In this document: positions 63,045 through 64,000 of the stretch, piece by piece
Numbering within the stretch: the stretch's first letter is position 1
How the letters are laid out: every line of letters starts with the position of its first letter
Origin: Macrostomum lignano
Taxonomy: Eukaryota
Assembly (NCBI GenBank): GCA_002269645.1
Contig: NIVC01000350.1
Coordinates: forward strand, 62,001 to 126,000
Length of the DNA: 64,000 bases
Direction of reading: 5' to 3'
Made by a program: the position numbers and the translations under genes
Notes under the pieces: generated by a model
Seen by the model: only the letters and a program-made list of their open reading frames with translations
What the model was told of the DNA's origin: nothing
Databases searched by the model: none

Positions 63045-64000
63045 GTGAGTGTGGCTCATCAACAGGGGTGAGGGCGGCTCAGCAACAGGGGTGAGTGTGG
63101 CTCGTCAACAGGGGTGAGGGTGGCCTCATCAACAGGGGTGAGGGTGGCCTCATCAACAGGGATGAGGGTGGCCTCATCAACAGGGGTGAGGGTGGCTCAT
63201 CAACAGGGGTGAGGGCGGCTCGTCAACAGGGGTGAGGGTGACCTTATTAACAGGGGTGAGGGTGGCCTCATCAACAGGGGTGAGGGTGGCCTCATCAACA
63301 GGGGTGAGGGTGGCTCATCAACAGGGGTGAGGGCGGCTCGTCAACAGGGGTGAGGGTGGCCTTATTAACAGGGTGAGGGTGGCCTCATCAACAGGGGTGA
63401 GGGTGGCTCATCAACAGGGGTGAGGGCGGCTCGTCAACAGGGGTGAGGGTGGCCTCATCAACAGGGGTGAGGGTGGCCTCATCAACAGGGGTGAGGGTGG
63501 CCTCATCAACAGGGGTGAGGGTGGCCTTATCAACAGGGGTGAGGGTGGCTCGTCAACAGGGGTGAGGGCGGCTCGTCAACAGGGGTGAGGGTGGCTCGTC
63601 AACAAGGGTGAGGGTGGCCTTATTAACAGGGGTGAGGGTGGCCTTATTAACAGGGGTGAGGGTGGCCTCATCAACAGGGATGAGGGTGGCCTCGTCAACA
63701 GGGGTGAGGGTGGCCTTATTAACAGGGGTGAGGGTGGCCTCATCAACAGGGGTGAGGGTGGCTCATCAACAGGGGTGAGGGTGGCCTCATCAACAGGGGT
63801 GAGGGTGGCCTCATCAACAGGGGTGAGGGTGGCCTCATCAACAGGGGTGAGGGTGGCCTCATCAACAAGGGTGAGGGTGGCCTCATCAACAGGGGTGAGG
63901 GTGGCTCGTCAACAGGGGTGAGGGCGGCTCGTCAACAGGGGTGAGGGTGGCCTTATTAACAGGGGTGAGGGTGGCCTTATTAACAGGGGTGAGGGTGGCC
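63045..64000. repeat. 24-25-bp array (CATCAACAGGGGTGAGGGTGGCCT), cut by the window end
   Basis: Starts at the exon-3 donor; each unit carries GTGAG. Confidence 0.96.

Noticed and set aside
25040-64000. Idea that G-rich array strands are consistently on the sense strand of host introns
   Set aside because: Counter-examples at 27810-28155 and 31227-31930; no consistent bias.

Overview
Eukaryotic (metazoan) genomic DNA. The mix of GC-rich exons, poly-Ala/Gln tracts and a different minisatellite in almost every intron suggests a Macrostomum-type flatworm; this is inference only. About 40 tandem arrays explain most of the long ORFs in the supplied track. Genes I can support: (1) a minus-strand C2H2 zinc-finger exon (1517-2665); (2) a minus-strand gene the ORF track does not resolve, assembled by hand from 8 small exons (32200 to 23764), all entered in phase 1, encoding about 318 aa with 9-10 N-P-x-T-G motifs; (3) a two-exon glypican (47828-51332) with all 14 Cys and a long Pro/Trp-rich stalk; (4) the 5' part of an SLC6 transporter (60811 onward) with a non-canonical TM1. 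Mobile DNA: two decayed RTE-type LINE copies, a 3' fragment of another LINE clade with a 13-bp TSD, six MITEs (3-, 8- and 9-bp TSDs), a tRNA-like Pol III relic, and a 1.26-kb promoter-bearing cassette bounded by direct repeats. All splice models and coordinates were read by eye; array boundaries and copy numbers are approximate.
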